NCBI GenBank assembly: GCA_023515725.1
Contig: JALDTO010000146.1
Span: 682,001 to 746,000, forward strand
Direction of reading: 5' to 3'
Length of the DNA stretch: 64,000 nt
From: Amoeboaphelidium protococcarum X5
Lineage: Eukaryota > Fungi > Aphelidiomycota
The translations under genes and the position numbers were made by a program. Position 1 is the first letter of the stretch. Each line of letters starts with the position of its first letter. Shown piece by piece: positions 1 to 13,133 of the stretch. The notes under the pieces are model-generated. The model was not told where the DNA came from. It saw nothing but the letters and a program-made list of their open reading frames with translations, and did not search any database.

Positions 1-371
1 CCATCCATCAATGTATAAACCTCGAGAAAAAAATACATTTTACCACAACATCATGAATAGCGATATTTTGTTAGGATAAAGAGGAGGTTTCATATTCAAT
101 ATAATAGCCGTGGCGATTTCTAACGTATGCTCTTGCCAGCCAGTAGCGAACTCTCAAAATGTAGTTTACAACTTTATCACCGCTTGTCTACAAACTGTAC
201 TTCATCCTTCGCAACTCCATACAGTAATACTCTTGACACAAAAGACACTGGAGTTTGACGCGCTAGATCACCCCGGCACCATCCCAAAAGATTCCTTGCG
301 TGAAAAGTCGGTTATCCCCTTATACGCAACAGCGTTGAAATAAGCATCCATAATTCATTGAAACCATCTAA

Positions 372-1433
372 ATGATCGATAAAATTAAGTTTGCCAAGTT
401 GTAAAAGAAGTTTCTATTAATACAGTGGCCTGACTGTGATGTGCAATAAAATTTAAAGTTGTTCATTAGAGGTCGCGACGGAGATGAAGCTGTCGTTTGC
501 ACTCACAATGAGACATTTAAAGTTGCAGAGTAGCAGTCCTCCAATACCATGTTGGTGGTACAAGGTGATCGGGTCATTGAAAGTGTTGCCTCTCACTTGG
601 AATTAACCAGAATTAAGCCGAGCATGGAGAGAGTGTAGGATTTAATCAAGATGCACGTTTATCAGGGACAGTTGCGACAAGGACTTGGAATAAGTGCACA
701 AGAGTTATTGTAACAGGTTCAATGTTCACATTAAGAGCTTCTGGAAGAGTTATCTCCATCGAAATACATTTGTCTTCATGGATTATATATGGTATTGTCC
801 TTGCAATACACTGCAGAGGTTGTAGAGAATCTGATTGCTGAAATGAATGCCAATGGATTTGATATGTTTCATTTCGATTTACAGTTGATTTTGCAGGCGT
901 ACCAAGTAGATGACAGCTCCACTCCTATTGATGACTAGTAGGGCGATTATCCAGCTCCTGTTGTATAATACGCGTTACTTTCTATATGTGATTGCAATTC
1001 TGAAGGATTCTATGCCATAAGTAGAATTAAAATCGCAAAGCTGCTGTGTCAAGTTATTCTCAGTGATTGCAGACAGATGGAGCTATCAGTATTCTTGTAA
1101 AAGATGTAGTTTGCCATGGACACTATACTAGGTGCTGATACTGAGCCATTTGACATGGATGCTGTAAGAGATTGCGTAATTGTAAATCAGTATGGGGATA
1201 ACTAGCGTGTTATCGTTGAACTGTTCCCGTTGTCAGAACTTTCGGGCACAGCAATGGTGAGATTTAGAGATCTATTCGATCGCAAAGCTTCTTGGTTGCA
1301 TGAAGAACTGCTGCCATTCATAAAAGACTTGGCTTCAACTGAAAAGGATTTAAATAATCTATTACTCAAATTTACAAAATCATACACGGATCCATCGATG
1401 CCATTAAAGAAATTTTACAAGTCACGACGTTGA
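372..1433 (+). CDS. DCC1: Sister chromatid cohesion protein Dcc1 (Ctf18-RFC subunit)
   Basis: With TAR=Gln, ATG372-TGA1433 is a 353-aa ORF. N-terminal 'LFIRGRDGDEAVVCTHNETFKVAEQQSSNTMLVV' matches the Dcc1 signature IRGxxxDEAVLCTxxxTYxxxxxxxSNxLLL. Confidence 0.8.
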
Positions 1434-2345
1434 TTCGCGGCCACTGGACTTAAAGTCTGATTTAGTCAGAGCTGTGATTGTGAAATACTAGTTGCAAGGT
1501 GTAACATTATTGTCATTTATAATATCCCCCTTGTTTCCATTCTAATTACATACAACAACATTCTTATTTACTTTCTCCGCGAGTCGAGCCCATCGAAGCA
1601 ATTGTCTAAACGTGGACGGCTCATGTCCAACAGAGTGAACGATGGAAGACGCGTGGTAGAGGAGAGGATCATCAGGATATAATGTTAGGTGAGATCCAGT
1701 CTTTAATCCAGACCCAAAATATGCATTCTAAATTTCTCTGCGGATATAGTCCAAAGTTTAACTATAATTATATATCATGCAATTATTAGTCTCTATCGAT
1801 ACACTGGACGGTTAATTCATGTTCTACTCCATCCTAAGTTTTGGAATCTGCTTATTATTCTGTACAGCATCGTGTTTACTCATCCATTAATTCAGTATTG
1901 ACTCTGACAATAGTTTCAAATTACACTTGAGCTGCTGATTTTAGACAATATTATCAGCATTGATTAACTTGGACACATCGTTCATATCCATTAAGGGAAT
2001 CTCAATATCGGCAAGTTGCATACTTTACATTGCGGACTCAACGCTGTCAACAGTACCAACGAATGATTTATCCGCATGACTTTTCGAATGTTGCCTTTAG
2101 TTATACAAGATTATTTATTGATTACAGATCGCCATTATAATCCTATTCAAAGACTAATCAGACGCTCCATCTAGCTATTAACCATGAACAAGAGACTCGC
2201 AGCTAGATGACTACTTTGCATCAATAATCTCCATAGGAAGTGCATTAGTACCTGATTCAGTGCATAATCTACCCGCACACGATCCATAGACGCGTCTTTT
2301 CTCCCGCAGATCTTTAATCTCGTCCAAATCCCACGTCAGATTCAT
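1422..2345 (-). CDS. SEN34: tRNA-splicing endonuclease subunit Sen34
   Basis: 307-aa ORF (TAR=Gln). N-terminal 'LTWDLDEIKDLREKRRVYG'; catalytic region 'YFGSGLKTGSHLTLYPDDPLLYHAS...RLAEKVNK' with the Tyr/His/Lys triad. Confidence 0.8.
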
Positions 2346-2511
2346 GCGCTAAATCTATCTTTGATCTCAGCAATGCTCTACGATGAACGTGACGCGTATA
2401 CGAAAAAGCGCGTTCTGTTTCAGATTCATCTGGCAGTTGATTTCCCTTTAGTATAGTAATAGCAGAATAATAGTACACTTGGTCACGTACAGTATAAACT
2501 AACTTCATAGT

Positions 2512-3839
2512 ATGGTTCTACTTAAGATTTAATCGGCTTCTCTGTAACGTAGGCTTATAATTAAGAAATTATCATATTGAATATTCAGATTCTTTTCAAT
2601 AGTGTAGTCTTAAACTAGTGTCTTGTTCAGTTGTACAAAGTGAATCAGGATGTTGCATTGGAGTTTGCGAATGGTGGGATGAAGCTGAGTGTCATAAACA
2701 GCTCCAAGTCGTGTTTTGCATTGATTGAAATATAAAGGATATGGTTCCAAGATTATCAGCCGCAATCTTCAAAGTCTGGTGGTAGTCTAAAGATTTAGCT
2801 GCCTATAAAATCTCTTTTGCATGTTACAAAGTCGCACGATTAACTGGATCATGTTGAATGGTCTCTGTGTCATCATTCATTGGCTAATGAAAGAGTTTTG
2901 TAAAAAATTGGGAATGCTCATTCTTCTAATATTGATAATGATGACTACTTGCACATCACGTTCAGGTATAAAGAAGGCATTACACGAAAGCACATGCTTC
3001 ATTATTAGGAATTGGATGAAATTTTACATGCCAAATACGATGTGTAAATGTACTCTGCTGAGGGAAATTAGTGGTGTATAGGTCCCAATTGTCTGCTCGG
3101 ATGGGTAGGTTATTTTGGTAATGGACTGGAGGAGGTGTCTATGAGGATGAAGAATGAAACTATTTACTTTGTGTCCTTCATCGAGACTGCCCCTCTAGAG
3201 CTGGATAATTAGTCGGATGCTGGCGGTGGTAGAATGCTTCATCATCGTAAGAACAGACGTGCACTTAATACTGAACTGTCCATGGACTTGAAAGATTTTA
3301 CAGATGTTAAATCTAATTGTAATCAGGTGATTACATTCAGTTTGAAAGAGTTTAAGGCGGCTCTATCTCTCTGTGATGCTCTTCATGGACAATTTTTATG
3401 CAGGTATCACAGTCCTGGTCTTCCTGTGGTATTCAAGTTTCAAGTTGCTCAATTCCTTCATTGTGAGTTTGTTATGGCGACTTACTCAGAGGAGGATGAT
3501 GATGAAGATATTGAAAATTAAGATGGCAATATGTGTAATGGAATACCTGGAAATGATGATTCAGTCTCCTATGTGAACGATATTTCCGTACTGGAAGATC
3601 CGCCATTTCTACAATAGCAATAATAGCATTAGAATCGATCAAGTATATCCATAGTTAATAAGCGTGATTTGGATGAGATGCTAGGTGGCTTAGATGTAGA
3701 ATAACTGACGCAAATTGAAGAATACGGCGACACTGATATTGATCTGGATAGTGCTGATGATGCGAAAGAATTGGAACTTCCTGCCACTCCCACCAAGACT
3801 GTCTACTCTTCAATATTTGATCAGTCACAGATGTAATGA
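2512..3839 (+). CDS. RAD9: 9-1-1 checkpoint clamp subunit Rad9/Ddc1 (intron ~2549-2607)
   Basis: 'LYKVNQDVALEFANGGMKLSVINSSKSCFALIE', 'ITFSLKEFKAALSLCD', 'PGLPVVF...EFVMAT', acidic tail. A GT-AG intron restores the frame. Confidence 0.85.
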
Positions 3840-4236
3840 ATATACTCTTTAATACCTGTTTATTTATGTTCACTGCGTAGGAAGTTGGCACTAAAGAATG
3901 ACCGCGCTCTGCACCACAGTAACGCAAGAATCCTGCTTTAATCCATGGCCTTACGGGTGAATGTTTCTGAATGAATAATTTACTACCAGGTAAGTATTTC
4001 ATTTAAAAAGAATAGTTGAATTTAATCAGCCACTGCTCTTCAGCGTTTACGAGCATAAAGTTCCCACGGTTTTCTCATTTAAGTCTGGCTGAGACGGTCA
4101 GCGCTGCTTTTTATTTCTCCGTAGCTCTTCACTCCGCGCCGATCACATCATCAAATTGAGTTAGATATTATCATTGATCGGCTCGCATTTATAAACACCT
4201 TGCACCTAATTTTCTATATTCTAAAGTAGATAAGTT

Positions 4237-5895
4237 ATGGTCAGTCAAGTGAAGCCTGTCCCGTTGTTGAAGGATTATGGAATCAGCGAGGTGACTGGGT
4301 TTATGCCTGAGAAGGAGCCACTACGTCGACTTCCGGGTGCATTCGAGGCGTTGGAGGAAATTGTGGATGATATCGGTCCGCTGCTTATTGCTCTTAAATT
4401 GCGCCATCGAGTGGAAGTTCTGCCATAGCTGGATGTGTCTCCCCTCATGGATGATGAATAGAGGCTGTAGCGGGCATTCCTTGTCCTCTGCCTCATCTGC
4501 CATGCTTATGTCTGGGGTAGTAAAGGACAAGAGGTTGCATCCGTTCTACCCGTGAATGTCGCCAGGCCATGGATTTTGATATCGGAGAAGCTGGGCCTGC
4601 GTCCGATCAGTTGTCACTCTGCTCTGGTCTATTACAATTTCAAGAAGTTGGATCATGGGAAAGAGTTGACGTTAGATAATCTCGCCACTCTACACACAAT
4701 ATCTGGGGGATTCGATGAGTCGTGGTTCTATTTAGTTACGATGGCTATAGAAGGTGCTGGTGCCAAAGCACTGCCTCATATCACCTCTGTGTTATAATAG
4801 ATATCGAGTGATCATGTTGATTATGTCCAGGTGAGTAGATCGCTTCTAGTCGTAGCTTCCACCATCCAGGAGATGAGTGTATTGTTAATGAGAATGGCCG
4901 AGCAGTGTGACCCGTACATATTCTATCACAGAGTTAGAATCTACTTTAATGGGTGGAGTAATAGCAAGAGTCTTCCCAATGGTGTGCGCTATGATGGAGA
5001 CGCGGGAGAGATTGAGGCCATGTTCAAGCGGGAAGGTATTGAGGAAGTGCCATTCTCTCCCACCGATGGTAAAAAGTATCCTGGTGGAAGTGCTGCTTAG
5101 AGTGCGCTCATACACGCATTAGACATATTTTTGGGTGTAGAACATTATCCTACGAAAGGATCTGGTAATAATAGCAATTTTCTGCTGGACATGAGACTGC
5201 ATATGCCAGCTAAATATCGCGCTTACTTGAGAGCTTTGGAATAGGCGCCCTCTCTGAAGCAGTTTGTGCATACCATGTCTAGTGTTGGATCTATGGCTTA
5301 GAATACTGACATGCAGCAGTGTATCAGTGCTTATAATTAATGTGTCTTGAATATGAAGACATTCAGGGATAAGCACATATAGATTGTCACTAGGTATGTG
5401 ATCATTTAAGCTCAGAGAGCAGCGCAAACCGGATAGATTCCATCAGCGGCATCTAAAGAGGGATACGGTGGTCTTGGCCGAGATGGACAACACGTATACA
5501 AGTTGGATTAGATCACTGCAGGCAACGGGACTATTGCTCCTATCAATACTTCCGCCGTTAGTGGTGCACCAATGCCGCCATAATCTACTAGCTTTAAGCT
5601 GAGCGGTAAGGTGAGCCCGTCCCATGTCGGAATGGAAGAACTAAAGACTATGAATGTGTAAGCTGATGGTCTTGAACCGCCGCTGCAAGATGGGAGCAAT
5701 CGCCCGAATGGCGGTGATACTGTTGAAGTCAAGATTACGGGTGAAGTCGTGAAAGAAGTTGGTGCTGGTAGTAGAGGAACTGGCGGCACGGAGATCATTC
5801 CATTTTTGAAGCAGGCTCGTGATGAAACCAAAGCGGTATTGATGCCTATCGTCTCTCCGTTTGGCGTTGATGAAAAGCAGAAAAATTAAAACTGA
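4237..5895 (+). CDS. BNA2: Indoleamine 2,3-dioxygenase
   Basis: 552-aa ORF (TAR=Gln) with 'ESWFYLV', 'FYHRVRIYFNGW', 'GGSAAQSAL' (Q=TAG), 'FRDKHIQIVTRY' and 'RGTGGT..IPFLKQARDET'. Confidence 0.93.
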
Positions 5896-5934
5896 ATTTT
5901 GAGCATAAATATCAAGTGCTAGTGAAAGTTCCAG

Positions 5935-6882
5935 ATGATTAATATACTCACTTAAAGAAGATTTCTTCCAAGACCTTCAAAGTAAATTTACTATTTATAA
6001 TTCCTTTATAAGTGATACTTACGAACTGTCGTATTGAACGCGTGCTTATATCTCTAGTGTAGTTCTAAATCATGGAAACATCGACAACTTACAGATTATT
6101 ATGTGAAATAGGCGCATGAATAGAATTACAGGTCACGATCTGCATTTAAACTGCTGCAGGCTTTATAAAAGTACTAATTTATTCGTCCGGGTATGCTTGT
6201 GTTGGATTGCGGAAGTTCGCCAGGTGGATTTTCACAGGTTGCTGCTCAGTGCTGTGATGCTTCGTTGGATATCGCTTCTGAATTGTAACGCCATCTACAA
6301 CCATCTTCTCACATCGCTGTTTAAACAACTTACAAGAATGGTGCTGTTGATAGTGACAGTAATGATAGTGTCGCTCCATCGCGCTCCTCATAAAATTAAT
6401 CGAAAGCTGGTGACACCTTTGAGTCTATTAATGCGTCAGATTTGAATAATCGCAATCAAGGCGCGGTGGTGGCTATTGATCTTTTGCCAATGGAACATAT
6501 TCCTGGAGTCTGCGCGCTATATCCATGGGATTTTATACATTCTCATACAGTATCGCGGCTGCGGCAAGCTCTGGGGAAGCGGCGATTTGATGTCATTTTA
6601 TCAGACATGTCTCCTAATCTTACGGGTCAGCTCGACGTGGATCACGATAGATCTGTAGAGCTGTGTAGATATGTTATAAGAGCTGCACAGACATTACCGC
6701 TCCGTCCCGGTGGCGCGCTATTCTTCAAATCTATCCAGGGTGGTTAGACAATGTCACTGCGTAAAGAGTTGGAGCAAATGTTCAATTTTGTCAAGATCAT
6801 TAAACCAGAAGCATCGCGTAAAGAATCTCGTGAAGTTTATATTCTATGCCAGGAGTACAATAGCACTAAGCATATTAAATGA
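5935..6882 (+). CDS. MRM2: FtsJ/RrmJ-family mitochondrial rRNA 2'-O-methyltransferase (probable 5' intron ~5982-6062)
   Basis: 'WKHRQLTDYYVKQAHEQNYRSRSAFKLLQ', 'LDCGSSPGGFSQV', 'DVILSDMSPN', 'KPEASRKESREVY'. Start codon and intron are tentative. Confidence 0.85.
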
Positions 6883-6930
6883 TGCAGCTATTTATGCTAT
6901 AAATGTATATATGAGTTTATATTTAAATGA

Positions 6931-9900
6931 TTAAAACGTGCACTCGCAATGATCAATAAAGTTTTTACATGTTGCACAGCGAGCCTGCTAGTCGTGAACG
7001 TCTCCAATGGCTTCCACTGTAGGAGTTTTACTTCTGATTTCATCCAGTAGTTGATCTCTAAAAGATAGCCGACTATTATTTCTACTAACGCTGTCTTTGT
7101 TAGGAGATTTAGGATTACCACTAGGCGATTGTCTTTATCGTTCAGCGGCTTAACGTTGCCTCAACTCTGAACTCCATCCCAGTCGCAGATTCTAAAAGAA
7201 TGTATAAAATATCTCAAATGTTCTTTCAGGTCGAGATTCTTATAGTGATTTATATTCTTCCCCAAAATACTCGTACATCCTCTAAACATCCGTCCTCATA
7301 TTTGAAACCTGTTATCCAGCCTGCTTCAAAATGTCCAAACAATCACTAGATGCCACATACATATGTTATTCTCGGTAAGAATCGAGATCAGCGTTTGACA
7401 TGTTATGTACTTACAAAGGTTAATAGTTTTACAGCGATTATAACTGCACTTTTACCGTATTAACTTGATTGACAATCTCAGTACTATCCAAATGTCTCAT
7501 CTAATCCAATGACGTGTAAGAATCCAAAAATATCTCAAATTCCAAATTTTAATCCAACAGCATGATGACAAGAAACTGCATTAGAGTGGTCTTGTTATCC
7601 TTGGCCTTGACATCGTTCAGCTTTAAAAGGGAGTCAAGTTTAAATCCCACAGCTCTCTATTACTAACTTCCCGCTGAATATTCATGATTGATCAAGTTAC
7701 CCACCTTGAGTATCACAGCCATGATCTACTGTATTCTCTAATCTTGGACCAATTACTAGCATGTAGACGAGATTAAACTTAATTTCTAAATGGCAGAGTC
7801 AAGTTCATTCTTAAAAGTCAGCCTAAATCGCATCAGCTATAGGGCAAAGTCAAGCAGAGGTTACTAACACACTTCAAGAAGAAACTAATCAGCCAAATCC
7901 AACTGCTAAACTTCAGGAGATTTGCCATTCTTCTATGCTTTCATAGAAGCCAAACCATCCTTAATTTCAGATTCAGAAGGCAGAATGCTTCTCAAAGACT
8001 GAACCTCATCTATAGAGAGTGCTTAGATATTTTAATCAATCACATTGGCAAATAGTTCAACCATCTAAAACTTCTTCAACAACTTTGATAAAACAATGCC
8101 TATGAGTCTGGCTCTATTGATATCAAGAATTCTCATTTGCTTTTACTTTGGCTTTGATATAGAGCTGCAACTCGGTTTAGATTGAGTATCCACCAAGAAT
8201 AGCTGTTCAAACTTTTCAATATCAATGTCATAATAATTTGTGTCCTGCAACTTTTGACTAACTTGAGTCCATAAATTACTATTACTACTGCTGGAACTTC
8301 CATCCTATAAGCTAACTAGCTACTACGGCTTAATCTCATCCCAAAAGAACTTATGCTTTACTTTCTTGGATGGCGACAAGCGATTGGCTGGAGCATTCAT
8401 TGGTGGTGGAGGAGGAGGTGGTGGTGGCGGCACAGACTAATTGCCAAGACTTAAAGAAGGTTACAGACTTTAATCAGGAGTGATATCTTGGCTCTCCAAA
8501 AATTGAGGCTTAATTTATGATTCAACGTCTTATAACTCCTACTATTCTGCATTCTTAGAAGACGAGACATCTTACGATAAGGCGGATTACTCGTCCACAT
8601 CTTGAGACAATTCAAAACTGGAGTCAGAGGTTGACTGCTTCTACCGCAGTGATTACTACAAACTATTAGAATTTTATAACTACCGCAAATTATCTGCAGA
8701 TTGCGCCAAATCCTTAGTGGATCTACTTTAGTTAACTTGCTTTGACTACACCTTAATACTAAACCTTTTTCCATTAAAAAACTACTATAATTTAATGGCA
8801 TACTCGTGAGCCTCATGCATTTAGTTACAGCATCTTTAAAGGGAAAATCTCGCCACTGAAGAATCAAACCTTTAAACCAGCAAGTGCTACAACAATTAAG
8901 AATCCCTTCGAACATAATGATGATCACTCAAAACTGATAGTAAATGAGAATATGGACTCTTTGCAATAGCAGTCTCAAACGATACAGTGTTATTATACTT
9001 AATATCAGTACTCTTCAGGCCAGTCGAAGAGAATATAAAGTCCACAAACCATTAATCATCTTTAGAGTCACCAATAACATCAAAACTGCGATGCACATTG
9101 AACTCCTTACCATCAATCCGTATGAGACCATATCCCATAAATGCAGTATTAAAATAGAACGACGATACAGTAGACTATCCATTAATTATACGAATCTCGA
9201 CATCTCCGCTAAGCATGACATCCACCGGCACCTTAAACATTGTATTAAATTCATCCCGAACTATATTCAAACCATCTTCGTATTTCTCAGAGTCATATAC
9301 TATTTTAAGTGTGTTACCATTATTATTCCATAACTATACTTTAAATCCTCGAGATTTCTGCAACTTCAAAAGTCCATTAAATATAAATCCATGCAGCTTG
9401 AGGCAATTGAGATTAGGCAGCTTCCCTTTCAATGTGACAATATCATCAAAATAATGTAAAAGACGCCTAGTAGATGGAGAAACTAAATTAATGAATAAAT
9501 CTGCACATTATGGCGACTGCATTACAAAGGAGTCTACACTACCACTACGACCACCAGAACTACTATCTTAATTAATGGACAATTTCAAGTGCATAAACTC
9601 ATACGCCTCTCGTACATTATCTAATAGTCCAGCATAACGCAGATAGCATGAACCAACCACCAAGAGAGCGTGCAGACTATTTGAAAACACAACAGCAACA
9701 ACACCTCCACTCTTACCATCTTCATTCGTCTTGAGCCACATCCACATAGATTACATTATATCACAGATCAACTTTAAATCGTAGATGGAAGACGACTTGA
9801 ATCGAACAACCTGATGATTAAAAATTTCCGTCTGATATTACGGAGATTAAGTACCAACCGCAGACGAATTATCATTCTAGATACATATATCAAATAAGAG

Positions 9901-10110
9901 ATATCTATTCTTAAATTTACTATTAAGATATTGGCCAAGTTCATTTACATTATTCCGCCGTGACCCCTTCTCAGTCCTCCTCTTCCATGGCTGACCACAG
10001 ACATACAAACGATCGACAATCTTGGTGAAATCCAGCTTGTGATCATCACCACCAGTCTATAGAGTAGACAGAGATCCTGAATTGAATATACTTTTAAGAA
10101 GTTAAGACAT
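6931..10110 (-). CDS. Formin with N-terminal PTEN-like (pseudophosphatase + C2) region, short FH1, FH2 and a C-terminal WH2-like/Cys motif; 3' end uncertain (TAA 6931-6933 or first TGA 6754-6756)
   Basis: Both ends lie in the frame of ATG10110. PTEN-like 'LDFTKIVDRLYVCGQPW...RNNVNELGQYLNSKFKNRYLLFDIC' and 'PSTRRLLHYF'; P10 tract at ~8401-8430; FH2 'KHKFFWDEI', 'LDINRARLIGIVL', 'YFGEE...PERTFEIFYTF'. Confidence 0.85.
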
Positions 10111-10357
10111 CTCTCCTCAGTACTCGAACAGTGTAGTAATAGTCGATATATATAAAGCAATTCAAGTAGAACTGGACACGACTGAAACTGCAAACGATTT
10201 TCAGAAAGCGTCAAACGAAAGAAAAGGAGAAAACGTCTTTACACACGGCAGACTAAACGCGAAAGAGAGCGAGAGAGTCGCGCTTTTGTCCTTTTCATCT
10301 GCTTCAAGTTTTATAAATCCATTCATTAAATATACAACGCATAGTGTCTGTTTAATA

Positions 10358-10933
10358 ATGACCAATTCTGTCGCTCCTTCCGATATTGAAGGCTCATAGC
10401 CATAGCTATCTCAAAACTAGTAATAATAAGCGGAACAATCATAGCCTGGATCCTCGCCGTAATCCACGTCAAAGAAGAGCCGTAAATAGTAGCAGTAGCA
10501 GTAATTGTCTAAAATTAATTTGGATCCGAATGAATAAACGGTCACTCTACCGCTGGCTAGAATTAAGAAGATTATGAATGAAGAGGCTGTGGGAAATGGT
10601 ACTAGGGTGTAAGGTGAGGCTATTGTAGCTGCTGCCGCTTGTACTGAAGTGTGGTTAGATTATTTTATACAGCACATTTATTAGTATACTAAACGCGACG
10701 GTCGCAAGGGAATAAGTTATAAGGATGTTGCGCTGGCTGTGCGTGAAGTTGATTAGTTTGAATTCTTGGATGATATTGTTCCCATGAAAGTGCCGACATA
10801 ATAAGCTGTAGATGAGCGTAATGCCACCATTCCTCAGTCGCGTTTATAAAAGCACTAGTAGCAGCTGCAGCAGTAGGTTACTCTCGGTGTTGAAGGTGTT
10901 GAGAACGCAGATACTGAAATGAACTAAGAATGA
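10358..10933 (+). CDS. Histone-fold protein, Dpb3/POLE4/CHRAC-like
   Basis: 191 aa; 'LPLARIKKIM...YKDVALAVREVDQFEFLDDIVP'. Gln tracts are written with mixed TAA/TAG/CAG. Confidence 0.8.
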
Positions 10934-10974
10934 ATTTGTTTATTTGTTATAACGATATTTTTATATTATCGCTG

Positions 10975-12951
10975 TCAATTACCAATGTCTTGAATTAGTT
11001 TTACCATGTTCCGCTTATTATCATCATTACGGCTGTGGAATCTTAAATCGCGTAGCTTCAACACTTGCTCAATCCCGCCCTGATCTGCATAGACTGATGC
11101 CAAAATATCTTGAACGATATCCAATATCCGTTCTGCATACACTGATAAAGCGGTATCATTTAGAGATTGAATGCACATATCTGTCACTTTTTAGAGTACT
11201 GATATATCCACAACAGATGAATTGACTTGCAAAAGATGCTATTAGAAAGCATTCAGTATCAGTGTTTGAACCGGACCACGCGTTGAATCACAATGGATAA
11301 ACACGTCGATCAGCGTGTCGATCATTCCAGAATAACCCATTTTCACATACTTTAGAGCATTAACCATGAATGACAACATAGATGTAGCATCTGTTGAAGA
11401 TTGGGATTAAGATGATACTCTGAGACGATTCAGGCATTAGTCAAAGATTTAGGATATCATCTAGCTTTACACAGGCGACAAATCTAATACACTCAATACC
11501 GATAGTAAGCTTCCTGGCATAATGTTAAATGATCTCAATAATTAACCAGTCTTTTGACACAGTTGATATACATGCAACTAGATAATACTCGTTATTTAAT
11601 CAATATCTCTGCAGACGAGAGCCACTAACACCTTATGCATAGATAAGTCGAGCCGATCATCTGTCAATATTTTACTAATCAGTCGTCGCAATAAGTGCAT
11701 CTCTGTTGAATCATGTACAGTATCATCAGATTATTCAAACATTTTCAAAATTGTAGATGCGTTCTGTGATGTTATAATCTGGATAGCGAGCACGTTCAGA
11801 GCTTCACTTGGAGTCTCGAGCAATAAGTTAACGACAACTCTACATGACTAGACACTAATTTAATCACTAACACTGTATTGAACGGCTAGCTGAAGTACAT
11901 GAGCATATGTATCAATCTCTGACGTGAATGAAGATAAGGCTAGGAAGTTCTTTTAACCGCCACAGATATACTTGCAAAGATCTTAATCTTTAGATGTTAC
12001 AATGCGATATAAGCATCCTATCAAACCTTTACGCGTTCTGCTCGACTAAGACTTACTTAATAAATTTATACAGGTTTATGATAGCTTCTTAAGGTCATTT
12101 CTATGTTTGTCGATATCATGATCTGATAGTTATAATGAGGTATACGCAATAAGCAGGAACTGCAGAATGCTTTCATTGGCGTTAAAATCCATAGCGCACG
12201 CATCCACGATTCTCACTATAATAGGAATCCAATGCATCTCAAGCAACGCATTTTGATCATCATTTAGTCTGGTGGAAATCATTATACAATTATAACCGAC
12301 TCTCAATCTCAGCTTGACCAGTTCATACTCGGTTTAGTCAAGAGAGATAGAGGACCAAAATTGAGCAATGTCAAACACGATTTAAGATAGATTAGACGCG
12401 TTGTATTAAGCCAAACTCTACCTGCCACCATAGCGTTAAAGTACAGCGAACAACGCTGTCAGATGGAACATTACATTCAAGTTTGATATTGTGCTATTTT
12501 CAGTTAGCAATCTAAATACGATATTCATCAGCGTAGCTACACTAAGTATTATCAACATGAGCAGAAATCGATGCACAATTCGACGTAACAAGAGCATACC
12601 GTCTTTGAGAATAATCTATAGATTAGCGGCGGACTCTATGCATAGTTTCAATAAACATCTGAGCGACTCTACTTTGGCACTGTCATCGTCATAAAGAGCG
12701 TCGCGATACTCTGCAATACCAGCTAAACTGCAAGTCACATTATCAAGTGGTTCCAAAGTAAAAGAGTCTTTCTATTAATTCTTGATCTAATCGGTAACCT
12801 TAGGTATATTTCTACTCGCGAATACTTTTTAACATCAGATAATCCACCACTGTTTTGACTAATCAATAACTCACCTTGATGAAACTGACCATTATGGATC
12901 AATTACTGAATTCTTTTGATATCTTGATGTTGGCCGTCTAATAAATTCCAT
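10975..12951 (-). CDS. Hypothetical Leu-rich, helical (ARM/HEAT-like) protein; probable intron near 5' end (~12813-12875)
   Basis: Long minus-strand frame when TAR=Gln, ending at TGA 10975-10977; GTGAGT donor after a short first exon. No family recognised. Confidence 0.55.
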
Positions 12952-12961
12952 TTTAACGTGC

Positions 12962-12963
<2 letters not shown>

Positions 12964-12992
<29 letters not shown>
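12964..12992. repeat. (AT)n microsatellite
   Basis: About 14 perfect AT units in an intergenic region. Confidence 0.95.
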
Positions 12993-12994
<2 letters not shown>

Positions 12995-13133
12995 ATAAAT
13001 AAGAAATAATCTAAAGCTTAAATATAAAAGAGTAAAAGTTCCAATTAAATTAGCCATAGTAATACCATAGTTACAGTCACCGAGATCGTTCAATCAAAAT
13101 AGCCACCCAAAACGCATTATAGAGCAAGCTTAA

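Noticed and set aside
8-358. 116-codon minus-strand ORF under TAR=Gln
   Set aside because: No recognisable motif, and ORFs of this length arise easily by chance with a single stop codon.
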